Below are positions 52,185-61,915 of a DNA stretch of 64,000 nt, in pieces. Origin of the DNA: Nitrospirota bacterium. GTDB lineage: Bacteria; Nitrospirota; Nitrospiria; Nitrospirales; Nitrospiraceae. A model generated the notes under the pieces. It saw only the letters and a program-made list of their open reading frames with translations, was not told the origin of the DNA and made no database searches. The first letter of the stretch is position 1; each line of letters starts with the position of its first letter. The stretch covers positions 1,376,001-1,440,000 of the forward strand of contig CAVPBK010000006.1 in the NCBI GenBank assembly GCA_963701855.1, read 5' to 3'. Made by a program: the position numbers and the translations under genes.

Positions 52185-52919
52185 TCACTTGTCGCGGAAT
52201 GTATATCGCAGCACCCTGGTTTGCATCCACCGTACGCCAATCAAATCATAGAGAGATTTGAATAACCGGTTGCCCATCCCGTACTTGGAAACGCCGTGAA
52301 TACGGGGGTAGTGCCGGACCGGCACCTCCGTGACCGTGAATCCGTGCATGAGCGCGAGAGCGGGAAAGAATCGGTGCATGCCCTCAAAGAGTCGGATGCG
52401 TTCCAGCACGGGCCGCCGGAATATTTTGAGCGGGCACCCTGTGTCGTGGACGCCGTCGTGGGTAAAGAAGTTTCGCACACGGTTGGCGATTCGAGACGAC
52501 ATTTTCTTCACCAGGCCATCCTGTCGCTCCTGCCTCCATCCGCACACGAGATCGTGGGTATCGGTATAGGGGAGGAGTTTCAAGATGTCCTGGCTATCCT
52601 GCTGGAGGTCGCCGTCGATTTGGATGATGATGTCTCCGGAAGACTGGCTGAAGCCCGCTTCGAGCGCGCAAGTCTTGCCGTAGTTTCGATCGAGGTGGAA
52701 CACCCGAATCTGGGAGTGCTGTGCTGCCAGGCGATCCAGCTCATCACCGCTGCCGTCGCTGCTGCCATCGTCAACGAAGACGATTTCGAACGGCCGAGTC
52801 TTCGAGGCCGCGTGTGAACTCATGACGGTCAGCAGACCCTCAATCAGTGGAACGAGATTGTCTCGTTCATCCTTAATGGGGACGATGACGGAAGCCCATG
52901 GATGGGATGGCACGGCCAT
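52185..52919 (-). CDS. GT2 polyprenol-phosphate glycosyltransferase (ArnC/DPM-like)
   Basis: VDDGSSD, NYGK..AL..G, DGDLQ, DTGC.LK, MHRF.P. Confidence 0.92.
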   Translation of the reverse strand: MAVPSHPWASVIVPIKDERDNLVPLIEGLLTVMSSHAASKTRPFEIVFVDDGSSDGSGDELDRLAAQHSQIRVFHLDRNYGKTCALEAGFSQSSGDIIIQIDGDLQQDSQDILKLLPYTDTHDLVCGWRQERQDGLVKKMSSRIANRVRNFFTHDGVHDTGCPLKIFRRPVLERIRLFEGMHRFFPALALMHGFTVTEVPVRHYPRIHGVSKYGMGNRLFKSLYDLIGVRWMQTRVLRYTFRDK

Positions 52920-53070
52920 GCGGGGTAGATATTCCTGACGCAGAAGGGAGCCAACATACTCACGGGGGCATTCTACAGAATGCCGGGGGGGGCGTCAAAC
53001 GAAGGAAGCGATCAATGATTCAGTGATGGGTGAACAGTGATGATGCAGAACTATGGGGTCTTTCCACCCA

Positions 53071-53661
53071 TCACGGCCCCGGCGCGGCGATTGTGAACCG
53101 CATCGTGCCCATTAGGCTCATCTCGTTGACCTGTTCTCCCACATGGATTTCCACTTTATACCGACCGGGCCTCCATGTGCCTTGCGGTGGGGAGAGTGTG
53201 AGATAGCCGCTGTCGTCTTCGAGCGCAATGTGCATGGCGTCTTGTCCGATCGTCACAGTGGGATCGAGGCCGGCTACCGTTTCTGGGTAGCAGCGTCCAA
53301 TCACCTGGAACCCCTGATAGTGCTGGTGAAGGTGGAACACAATGAAGACTGCCGGGGTATCGGGGCGGAACCGTTCAGTTGGTTTCACCGGCACGATTTC
53401 GTGCGTACGGTGAAAGCCCAGTTCCTCGTCAAATCCTTCCGCTGTCGTAATGGTGCGGAACAGGCCTTGCGGCGGAGCGTCGAAGTCGTAGGGGGTGACG
53501 TCTTGGGTGCGGTTCTGAAAGTCTGGGATGGGGGCATTTTTGGTGATCGGCAGCTCCGCTGCCAGGGCCGGGGTTTCTGTAAAGCCGCAGAAGACAATGA
53601 GTAGTGTGATGAAAAGAATAGGCATGGCTGCTTTCGTACATCGGTCGATGGAAACTGTCAA
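53071..53661 (-). CDS. Exported hypothetical protein
   Basis: Signal-like N-terminus ending ALA; C-terminal W.PG.YKVE Ig-like strand; start may be 53625. Confidence 0.7.
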   Translation of the reverse strand: MTVSIDRCTKAAMPILFITLLIVFCGFTETPALAAELPITKNAPIPDFQNRTQDVTPYDFDAPPQGLFRTITTAEGFDEELGFHRTHEIVPVKPTERFRPDTPAVFIVFHLHQHYQGFQVIGRCYPETVAGLDPTVTIGQDAMHIALEDDSGYLTLSPPQGTWRPGRYKVEIHVGEQVNEMSLMGTMRFTIAAPGP

Positions 53662-53931
53662 GGAGAAGAAGCCGACAATTATCAGCTGTCAGCCCTCAGC
53701 CAGGAAAAGGGAATCTCCGAGTGAGCGTACCATGGCTCAGAAGCTGAGAGCCGAAAGCTGATGGCAGACAGCTGCAGGAAAGCCCGTTGCGGCTGTTTTC
53801 CGCCATCTGTTAGAATCCGCGCTCGTTGCGGCTGGAAGCGAAAATGGCATGACGCGCGCGACAAGCGCGACTCAGGAAGCAAACGAATCCCGCCTCTTTC
53901 GCATGTTTCGCTTGCCCCAACCAGGAATTTT

Positions 53932-55395
53932 ATGTTGCAAGACGCAGATGCCTTACCCCAGCTCATTGGCGACTATAAGCCGGTCGATCAGTGGCAAGTC
54001 CATATCAATAGGCTCTTCTACCACTTCCGGGGCGATCAGATCCGCAGCTTCTACCAAACGTTCGCCTCTGCCGACTATCGGCTCGCCCATGCGCTCGCAG
54101 CAGACTATTTCGAAAAAGTTCGAAAGCGAGAAAAAATGTCAGGCGTCAGGCGTCAGGCGTCAGGCGAAAATGCGTCGGACTCACGCCTGACCCCTGACCC
54201 CTCACCCCTCACGATCTTAGAACTCGGACCCGGTAACGGGAATCTTGCCGCCTGTTTCTTGAGCCATCTCAAGACCCTCGATAAAGATGGACTGGTGTAT
54301 CCCCGCATTCGATATGTGCTGGTCGATTGGGAACAAGCCATACTCGATGCAGCCATGGCTCATCCGGAACTCGCGTCCCACCGCAACCAGATCGGGACGC
54401 ATCGGGGGACCGTGGATCGGCTCGATGGTATAACGGACGGCAGCGTAGATCGCATTATCTGTAACGAACTGTGGAACGATCTCTCAACGAAACTGCTGTC
54501 ACGCCAGGGGGGGAACATTGAAGAAGAGTTCATGCGACCGAACGTGAGCGAGGCCGCGCATGCAAAAATTTCCGACTGGGCGGCTTTTGTCGGGGCGTTC
54601 GACAGCATGGATATAGAGACGCTCAAGGGTTTTCCCCCGTTTCTCGACGACTTGGTATGGGAGCGTGAGTATCGGGCAGTCGAATGGAAGGAGGTCCCCT
54701 ACCGGAAGACGATCACGGATTTTCTCAAACGCATCGATGAGCATGTGCTGGTTCCCGTCAATCTGGGAGCGTATGCCACGATCAAGGAAGCCAAGCGCCT
54801 ATTGGCCCCTGATGCGATTGGGTTCAGCAGTTTCGACGCAGGTACAGCGGACATGGATGTGCTGAACGATCCGGAGAAGCCTTGCTATGGCCAATTTGGC
54901 GGGCAACAGAGCTTCATGGTCAACTTTGCATTAGCCGAAGCGATTGCCAAGCAGTTGGAGGCCGGCACGATGGCCATAGAAAGCCAGCGTGAGTTCGTAG
55001 GGCGCAGCTTGGGAACCAACGTCTTGACCCTCATGGATCTCATCGCCACCCATCCTTCCGCCGGTACAGGAATGGCGCCGTGGGAACAGGACCGCCTGAT
55101 GCTCAAGACTCTCCGTTCATTGAACGAGACCTATCGGAGCCCCTATGCGCGCCATCTGGACTTCCCCATTTCGTTGAAGATGCCATCGGAGGAGCGTGAA
55201 TCGCTTCAGGCTCTCGTGCGTTCCCTCACGCCGACAGGCATTCCGGACACCGTCGCCTACCTCACGGAGGAAGAGTTGACCCTGGCCTCGAAGGATCTCG
55301 AAGACATCGGCTACGATCCTCACTCGTTCATGATTGCCTTGACCGCACCACCGAGCCCTGTGGATTACTGTCATTCTTTTATCCACCCGCGCTGA
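53932..55395 (+). CDS. SAM-dependent methyltransferase, MidA/NDUFAF7-like
   Basis: ILELGPGNG, NELWNDL; carries an in-frame heptamer insertion. Confidence 0.75.
   Translation: MLQDADALPQLIGDYKPVDQWQVHINRLFYHFRGDQIRSFYQTFASADYRLAHALAADYFEKVRKREKMSGVRRQASGENASDSRLTPDPSPLTILELGPGNGNLAACFLSHLKTLDKDGLVYPRIRYVLVDWEQAILDAAMAHPELASHRNQIGTHRGTVDRLDGITDGSVDRIICNELWNDLSTKLLSRQGGNIEEEFMRPNVSEAAHAKISDWAAFVGAFDSMDIETLKGFPPFLDDLVWEREYRAVEWKEVPYRKTITDFLKRIDEHVLVPVNLGAYATIKEAKRLLAPDAIGFSSFDAGTADMDVLNDPEKPCYGQFGGQQSFMVNFALAEAIAKQLEAGTMAIESQREFVGRSLGTNVLTLMDLIATHPSAGTGMAPWEQDRLMLKTLRSLNETYRSPYARHLDFPISLKMPSEERESLQALVRSLTPTGIPDTVAYLTEEELTLASKDLEDIGYDPHSFMIALTAPPSPVDYCHSFIHPR
54139..54213. repeat. Heptamer inverted array within a CDS
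   Basis: (TCAGGCG)x4, then TCACGCC TGACCCC TGACCCC TCACCCC TCACG. Confidence 0.85.
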
Positions 55396-55566
55396 TTATT
55401 TCAGGCTACAGGACCCGATTGCCGAGTTTCTCTGCTTGACTCAGTTCTTGTTCTTCTATACCCTTTATAATCTTCTCCTCGTAGGAGGAAGGCTCCATCG
55501 GGCGCTTGTTTCAACGCTGCAGGGCGAGTGGGTCCGGGTGGAGCAAAAAGAGAAAGCAGGTGATTG

Positions 55567-55836
55567 ATGTTTGGATCGTTTGGATGGATGGAATTGACGC
55601 TGATCCTGGTCATTGTCTTGATCATTTTCGGCGCCGGCAGGATTCCGCAGTTGGGTGAGGGGCTTGGGAAGGCTATTAAAGGATTTAAAAAGAGTGTCAA
55701 CGAGGCTGATGCCATTGACGTGACGCCTCCTCCGTCCGAGGCGCCCGAAGCGCCGCCGCCGCAGGTCGCGCAATCGCAGGCCGTCCCACCGGTTACAGCG
55801 CCGGCTCCATCGGGGAAGCAGGTCAAACAAGGTTAG
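55567..55836 (+). CDS. tatA: Twin-arginine translocase TatA
   Basis: [29 protein letters not shown]. Confidence 0.93.
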   Translation: MFGSFGWMELTLILVIVLIIFGAGRIPQLGEGLGKAIKGFKKSVNEADAIDVTPPPSEAPEAPPPQVAQSQAVPPVTAPAPSGKQVKQG

Positions 55837-55939
55837 GGAGACGTGAGGCATGAGGCGTCAGGCGTGAAGCGCCAAGAGGAATCAGACGCTTCCTTTTTTG
55901 CTTTTCGCATGGCGCGTGATGTGTTGCGTATGACGAACC

Positions 55940-56239
55940 ATGTTCGGATTGGGCATCGGCGAAGTTCTCATTATTTTGGTGATTGCATTCTTGCTGTTTG
56001 GCCCTAAGCAGTTGCCTGAAGTCGCTCGCCAAGTCGGGAAAGCGGTCAAGGGGTTCAAGGCCACGGCGGATGATTTACGGAAGTCTGTCGAGCCCGAACT
56101 CAATATGATTCAGCAGGAAGTGAAGATGGTCGAGCAGGACTTTCAGGCCTCGATCAAGGACGCGGAAGAGCAGATCAGCGCTGTGACGACGCCGACAGAG
56201 AAACAGATCGAGTCAAAGGGATCGAACAATCAGGCGTGA
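55940..56239 (+). CDS. tatB: Twin-arginine translocase TatB/TatA-like subunit
   Basis: MFGLG.GE..IILVIA.LLFGPKQLPEVAR. Confidence 0.8.
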   Translation: MFGLGIGEVLIILVIAFLLFGPKQLPEVARQVGKAVKGFKATADDLRKSVEPELNMIQQEVKMVEQDFQASIKDAEEQISAVTTPTEKQIESKGSNNQA

Positions 56240-56532
56240 AGGTGCGGTGAAAAAAGCGGGAAGGGCGAGACGAGTAGGCCTTGGTCTGCCTACCGGCCGG
56301 TAGATGTAGCAGTCTCGACCTGATGGTGTAAGTCCATCTCTCGTGTAATGAATGCCATTCGAGGCTCACGGGAGCCCCCTGAGCAGCCGCCATTTTCATC
56401 TTGGTGGGTATACGACTTGTCCAGTTTATTGTTGATTGTCAGCCCTGCCTCTTATTGCGGTCGACTCGATTAGTTGCCCCACCATCTCATGACTCACCGA
56501 CGGGCGTTCTCTCAAATTCACCGGAGAGCGGT

Positions 56533-58242
56533 ATGAGGAATATCAGACAGACCGGGTGGGCCGGTCTAGCCCTCCTCTGTAGTGTGGCCGTGATGGCAGT
56601 GGGGATGTCATTCGTGACGGCTCCGGCGCAAGCCGCGTATGAATTGCCGGAGGGTGAACAAATCACCCATGCCGCTGTCGTTGCGCGAGCGATTCCGGAC
56701 AAAGACTCATACGAACTCTACGATCCGAAGATCGGGAAGAACTTCGACATCAACAAGTTCTGGATGCGTGCCGACCTTCGCGTGCGGTATGAAATGCGGA
56801 ACAATATCTGCTTCGGGAGCGCCATGGCTGCTAATACTACTTTGGGGGCCTGCAATTCGTTCAACGGCCAAACCTCTGCGAACGGTACTCCTGGTAAGGC
56901 AAACGACAGCTACGCTCTACAGAAGGCGCGTTTGGGTTTCGGCTATGACCTCTCCTCGGACGTGAATTTCTACATGGAACTCCAATACGCATCCGTGTGG
57001 GGCGCTAACGGGCAACAGGGTACCCCGGTCCAAGACAACCAGAGGGCTCAGAATGGCCAGAACTGCGCGAACCCGAGTTGTTTCGGGAACGGCGGCGTTT
57101 TGGGCGTCCGAGCCGGCTATATGTTGATCCGGAACTTCGCCGGGGCCCAAGGCTTGAGCGTGAAGGCTGGTCGGCAATATGTCGTGTTTGGCAACCAGTC
57201 TATATTCGGCGCCTTCGACTGGTCCAACACAGGATTTGCCTTTGACGGTATCATGCTGCAATATAGCACCAAGGCCTGGGATAGTTGGGCGGGGTGGTTT
57301 CGCACTTCTGAGTCCGATCTCGGGCAAGGAGAGCCGCTCGGCGCTCTCCATAACAACCTTCCTGTTTCAGGTAGCACCAACCCCACATTGAATAATGGCA
57401 GCGCGAACATCGATTCCGACGTGTTTCTCTTCTACAACCAGATCAAGTCGGTGCCGGGATTCGTCATCGAACCCTACTACATCCTGTACTCCAACCGATA
57501 CAACTCAGGGGACAACAATAATCAAGGTATCGGTACGCCGAAACACTCGAATCAGACTCGTCACATGGTCGGAGGCCGGATCGAGATGCGCAAAGATAAC
57601 TTTGACGGATGGAACGAAACGATCTACCAGTTCGGTGAAATGGGCGACAACCGTGGGCCCGAGGCAGGCTATGGAAACCAAAAATATCTCCACATCAATG
57701 CCTGGGCGACTAGAAACTGGATCGGCTATACGCATTACGAGTGGACCTGGAAGCCTCGATTGGCGTTCAACTTCGACTATGCCTCCGGCGATGGCAGGGC
57801 AAACTGCACGCTCCCTGGCGGTGGTGCCACAGGTTGTAGCACTGCCAACACGTTTGAGAATTTGTGGGGGACCAACCATATCCACATGGGCTACATGGAT
57901 ACCATGGGCTGGAGGAACATGATGAAACCCTCGATTAACCTCCAGTTTCGCCCAACCAAGGATGACCACATTGAAATTTGGGCCACTAGTTTGAATTTGG
58001 CCAACACGAAGGATAACTGGTATCGCGCCGCCCAAACTGTCTATGTCTATTCGAAGACGAACAACACCACGCGGCACATAGGCAACGAATTGGATATCAT
58101 TTGGACGCGCTTTTTCATGGATGGCAAGTTGTCCTTCCAAGCCGGCTATGGGCACCTCTTTGCCGGCGCATATATCGAGCAGAACTTGGGCACGAGCACC
58201 GATCAGGATTTCGCCTATGCCCAGCTCTGGGTGAACTTCTAG
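56533..58242 (+). CDS. Alginate-export-family outer membrane beta-barrel porin
   Basis: Signal peptide; RVRYE, KAGRQ...FG, W...G.AFDG, YASGD, IGNELD; C-terminal Phe (WVNF). Confidence 0.85.
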   Translation: MRNIRQTGWAGLALLCSVAVMAVGMSFVTAPAQAAYELPEGEQITHAAVVARAIPDKDSYELYDPKIGKNFDINKFWMRADLRVRYEMRNNICFGSAMAANTTLGACNSFNGQTSANGTPGKANDSYALQKARLGFGYDLSSDVNFYMELQYASVWGANGQQGTPVQDNQRAQNGQNCANPSCFGNGGVLGVRAGYMLIRNFAGAQGLSVKAGRQYVVFGNQSIFGAFDWSNTGFAFDGIMLQYSTKAWDSWAGWFRTSESDLGQGEPLGALHNNLPVSGSTNPTLNNGSANIDSDVFLFYNQIKSVPGFVIEPYYILYSNRYNSGDNNNQGIGTPKHSNQTRHMVGGRIEMRKDNFDGWNETIYQFGEMGDNRGPEAGYGNQKYLHINAWATRNWIGYTHYEWTWKPRLAFNFDYASGDGRANCTLPGGGATGCSTANTFENLWGTNHIHMGYMDTMGWRNMMKPSINLQFRPTKDDHIEIWATSLNLANTKDNWYRAAQTVYVYSKTNNTTRHIGNELDIIWTRFFMDGKLSFQAGYGHLFAGAYIEQNLGTSTDQDFAYAQLWVNF

Positions 58243-58365
58243 TAAGACCTTCAACCTTCACCTAAACCTAACTTTGCTGCTCCGGCCTTGCCCACGGTGA
58301 GTCGGTCCTCTATACTCCCCTCGCGCACATGTTCCCCAACCGTCCATCGTTTTTATAATCTCACC

Positions 58366-60240
58366 GTGGATGATCTGACCAGACAGCTCAGCGAACAGTT
58401 CGGGTTTGCGAAGTTTCGTCCAGGCCAGGAGGAGGTCATTCGCGCCGTGCTAGCTGGGCGTGATGCGATGACGGTCATGCCGACCGGCCAGGGCAAGTCG
58501 CTCTGCTATCAATTGCCTGCGACACTCTTGCCCGGGTTAACGTTGGTCATTTCTCCGCTCATCGCACTCATGCAAGATCAGGTGGCAAGCCTGAAGCAGC
58601 GAAAAATAGCGGCGGCGGCGTTTCATTCTGGCCTCACGGGGATTGAAAAGCACCGCGTGATGGAGGACCTCAATCAGAAACAGCTTCAGTTGCTCTATCT
58701 GGCGCCGGAACGGATGCAGCATGAGGGGTTTCTCCAGCTCTTGCGGTCGCTGTGGGTCTCGCTCTTGGTGGTCGACGAAGCCCACTGCATTTCCCAATGG
58801 GGCCACGATTTCAGACCCGATTATCTCAAGATCGGCCGCCTTCGACAGGAACTGACGAATCCTCCTTGCCTGGCTCTGACTGCCACGGCTACGGCTCGTG
58901 TGCAAACGGATCTGTGCAAACGATTGTCGCTTCGCGATCCGTTCCGGCTGGTCGCGGGTTTCCGCCGGGACAATCTCGCCTTGTCCGTTCGTCATTGCCA
59001 AACCCGCCAGGAGAAACTGGCAACGTTGGAGCGGCTGGTTCATGAGACGGAGAAAGGCACGGTCCTGATCTATTGCGCCACGCGCCGGACGGTAGAGGAT
59101 GTCGCGGAATGGCTTGAACAGTCTCACGAGTCGGTCGGCTACTACCATGCGGGTCTCTCGGATGAGGAGCGGCGGCTTGTGCATGAAGACTTTCGCCGGG
59201 GGACCGTGAGGATTCTGGCTGCCACGAATGCATTCGGCATGGGTATCGATAAGTCGGATGTCCGGCTGGTCGTCCATTTCGACATTCCGGGAAGTGTGGA
59301 GGCCTATTACCAAGAGGTCGGGCGGGCCGGCCGCGACGGACGACCTGCTGCCTGCTGGTTGTTGTTCCATGAGCGGGATCTAGCCACGCAGGAATATTTT
59401 ATTCAGCAGGCGTCACAAGATCCCGAAGGCGCCGAACGCGCTAAGCGGATGAAGACGCTCCTCCAAGAAATGCTGGGATACGTATCGGTATCGACCTGTC
59501 GACAGCTCGCAATTCTTGAGTATTTCAGCGACGAAGCCGAGCTGGCCCTAGGCCCCTGCGGCCTTTGTGACCGTTGCGTCGCTCCGGTGCGGCAGCCGAG
59601 TCGGGAGGTCTCCCATGATGATGCCGCTTCCGCGAAAGCCATCCTGGAGACCGTGTCCTGGTGCAGGGGGCGGTTTGGCGTGAGTCGAATTGTCGAGATT
59701 CTTCGCGGAAGCCGTTCGAAAGCGATGCAGGCGTATGGCGCAGAAGATTGCCCGACATACGGAATGTGCCGCGCGCGTACGAAGCTGTCCATGACCGGTC
59801 TAGTGCGGGAGCTGATCGACTCAGGGTATCTTCAGGTCGAAGGCACGGAGTATCCCACTCTCGATGTGACGCGCAGGGGACAGGAAGCTCTGCAAGGGAT
59901 CGATGCAGTAGTGTTGAAACAGAGAGAGGAGCCTCAGCCCGATTCACCGGTGACAAAGCCATTCCGAGAAAGCGCCGCATCTGTGGTTGCCCTGCGAGCA
60001 TCGCCGGCGGATCCGCAGCTCTTTGAACGGCTCAGGCAGCTCCGCACGGAGCTTGCGGAGGAAGAGGGCGTCGCGGCCTTTGTAATATTTCATGACAAAA
60101 CGCTGAAGGCCATAGCCGGCTACAAGCCCGTGACGCCCGCTGCCCTGTTGGAGATTCCCGGCATCGGCGTTTTGAAGGCAGAACGATATGGCAGGCGAGT
60201 GCTGGCGGTGGTGAATGAAATTCAACAAGCCATCAGCTGA
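58366..60240 (+). CDS. recQ: RecQ family DNA helicase with RQC and HRDC domains
   Basis: FRPGQ, PTGQGKSLCYQ, DEAH, SQWGHDFRP, YYQEVGRAGRDG, HRDC (IF.DKTL). Confidence 0.95.
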   Translation: MDDLTRQLSEQFGFAKFRPGQEEVIRAVLAGRDAMTVMPTGQGKSLCYQLPATLLPGLTLVISPLIALMQDQVASLKQRKIAAAAFHSGLTGIEKHRVMEDLNQKQLQLLYLAPERMQHEGFLQLLRSLWVSLLVVDEAHCISQWGHDFRPDYLKIGRLRQELTNPPCLALTATATARVQTDLCKRLSLRDPFRLVAGFRRDNLALSVRHCQTRQEKLATLERLVHETEKGTVLIYCATRRTVEDVAEWLEQSHESVGYYHAGLSDEERRLVHEDFRRGTVRILAATNAFGMGIDKSDVRLVVHFDIPGSVEAYYQEVGRAGRDGRPAACWLLFHERDLATQEYFIQQASQDPEGAERAKRMKTLLQEMLGYVSVSTCRQLAILEYFSDEAELALGPCGLCDRCVAPVRQPSREVSHDDAASAKAILETVSWCRGRFGVSRIVEILRGSRSKAMQAYGAEDCPTYGMCRARTKLSMTGLVRELIDSGYLQVEGTEYPTLDVTRRGQEALQGIDAVVLKQREEPQPDSPVTKPFRESAASVVALRASPADPQLFERLRQLRTELAEEEGVAAFVIFHDKTLKAIAGYKPVTPAALLEIPGIGVLKAERYGRRVLAVVNEIQQAIS

Positions 60241-60243
60241 AAG

Positions 60244-60861
60244 CTATCTAAAATTCCCTGCCTGTGCGAAGCGCGCTTGCAGCTCCGTGTAGGTTCTCGT
60301 CACTGGAAACTGCGGGAACTCCTTGGGAAGATGCTCTGGGGGACAGAAAAAGAATCCCGCGTGGGCTTCTCCTAACATGGCGGTATCGTTGTAGGCATCG
60401 CCGGCGGCCAGGACGTGAAAATTGAGGGACTTCAGTGCCGCCACCGAGTGTTTCTTCTGATTCTGCATCCGCATGTGGTAATTGACAATGTGGCCGGCTT
60501 GATCGATCTCCAGCTGGTTGCAAAAGAGCGTTGGGAATCCCAGCCGGCGCATCAGCGGTAGGGCGAACTGATAGAACGTATCGGACAAGATGATCACCTG
60601 GCATCGCTCGCGGAGCCAGGTGACAAAATCCATGGCTCCCTCCAGCGGACCCATCTTGTCGATGACCGCCTGGATATCGTGAATGGTGAGCTTGTGCTGG
60701 TCCAGGATGGTCAGGCGCCGTTTCATCAAGGCATCGTAATCCGGCATCTCGCGGGTTGTAATTTTCAGTTCGTCGATGCCGGTCTTGAGTGCAACGTTGA
60801 TCCAGATCTCCGGCACCAACACCCCTTCCAAGTCCAAACAAACAATCACAGGTTTTTGCAT
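60244..60861 (-). CDS. thrH: Phosphoserine phosphatase / homoserine phosphotransferase
   Basis: CLDLEGVLVPEIW, TTRE.PDYD.LM, ILSDTFY.F, AAGDAYND. Confidence 0.93.
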   Translation of the reverse strand: MQKPVIVCLDLEGVLVPEIWINVALKTGIDELKITTREMPDYDALMKRRLTILDQHKLTIHDIQAVIDKMGPLEGAMDFVTWLRERCQVIILSDTFYQFALPLMRRLGFPTLFCNQLEIDQAGHIVNYHMRMQNQKKHSVAALKSLNFHVLAAGDAYNDTAMLGEAHAGFFFCPPEHLPKEFPQFPVTRTYTELQARFAQAGNFR

Positions 60862-60894
60862 GCAGTCTCTCCTCTTCACTCACAGCAGTAGAAT

Positions 60895-61686
60895 CTAGCT
60901 GTCAGCTTCTTTGCTACGTTTCTGAAACGCCTGACTGAGGAACCGCCACATGTTATCGAGGACTTGGTCCAAGAGGGACGAGCCGGACCAGGTTCGTCTG
61001 GACTCCTCTTCATGTCGTTCAGCCCACTCTAAGGCCATCGGGAGTGGGATGAGTCGAGGGGGAGAACTGGTCAAGGTTCCCCAGACCAGCCCAAGAATGG
61101 AACTGATTCGCATCGAGACTGGAAGGGGTGTGACCGGATTCCTCACCAAATCCTGGCACAGTTGTGCCGGCGAAGTGACGAGGAGTTCCCGGCATGCGGC
61201 TGGTCGTGACTCATAAATCGAACACATCTCGTCCTCTAAATAGGGACATGGGATTCTCAGTGCATAGTAGGACCGGTTAATCGGATCGAGTTCCTCGTCT
61301 GGCACTGGCCTATTGGCCTCTGCAACATCGTTGAGCCGGTCCCACAGACCCGCTCGTTTCAGTTTATCCTTCCTGTCTCTGAGGCGATTCAGCAGATGGG
61401 TTCGTCGATCTATCGGCAGCTGGTCCACATACTCGCGCAACGCAAACGCTTCCGGTGCGGAAAGCGGAACCAGCATACGGCAACAAGCGGCGCAGCCCAT
61501 CCGGCAGGAAATGGTCTGGCCTGCTGTAATGGCCTGCTGGATTTCCAGTTGTGCGGCTTCATCCCCCAGGCGGCGCGTGACTGGGACAATCGCCATGATG
61601 GGGATGAAGCCCGTCGGCACATCAATGGCCGTGGTTAGCCGTCCTGCAGGGGTATGTAGCGCCACCTCAAAACGTTCGACCATCAC
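60895..61686 (-). CDS. YkgJ family cysteine cluster protein
   Basis: CRMGCAACC; CPYL...CSIYESRPAACR. Confidence 0.9.
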   Translation of the reverse strand: MMVERFEVALHTPAGRLTTAIDVPTGFIPIMAIVPVTRRLGDEAAQLEIQQAITAGQTISCRMGCAACCRMLVPLSAPEAFALREYVDQLPIDRRTHLLNRLRDRKDKLKRAGLWDRLNDVAEANRPVPDEELDPINRSYYALRIPCPYLEDEMCSIYESRPAACRELLVTSPAQLCQDLVRNPVTPLPVSMRISSILGLVWGTLTSSPPRLIPLPMALEWAERHEEESRRTWSGSSLLDQVLDNMWRFLSQAFQKRSKEADS

Positions 61687-61794
61687 AAACTTTCTCCTCG
61701 TTCTGCTGTTTTGTCGGCATCATAGAGAACCGTTCGTCGGCTGGTCAACCGCGCAACCAGTACAGGCTGTTGAAAACGTCCGCCTGCTTTGTTT

Positions 61795-61862
61795 GCGGTT
61801 TGTCTGGTTCATCTGATTTCTCTGGTTCAACCATATAAACGAAACAAACCAGAGCAACCAGT
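61795..61862. repeat. 9-bp-period inverted array (second copy)
   Basis: TCTGGTTCA TCTGATTTC TCTGGTTCA, then AAACGAAAC AAACCAGAG CAACCAG. Confidence 0.65.
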
Positions 61863-61915
61863 GGTTCTTGCTCCCTTTCCAGTACAGCTGCATAATATGG
61901 GCAAAGGAGAGCGGT

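Noticed and set aside
48745..55875. Short repeats read as a CRISPR array
   Set aside because: Units are 7-9 bp with no unique spacers, and there are no cas genes
56240..56532. Riboswitch or sigma54 promoter upstream of the porin
   Set aside because: Only small hairpins (GCTCA..TGAGC, CTACCGGCCGGTAG); no match to TPP, cobalamin, SAM or c-di-GMP cores that I can see; GG-N10-GT lacks the -12 GC
60248..60883. 211 aa same-strand ORF overlapping thrH
   Set aside because: No recognisable features; the thrH frame explains the region
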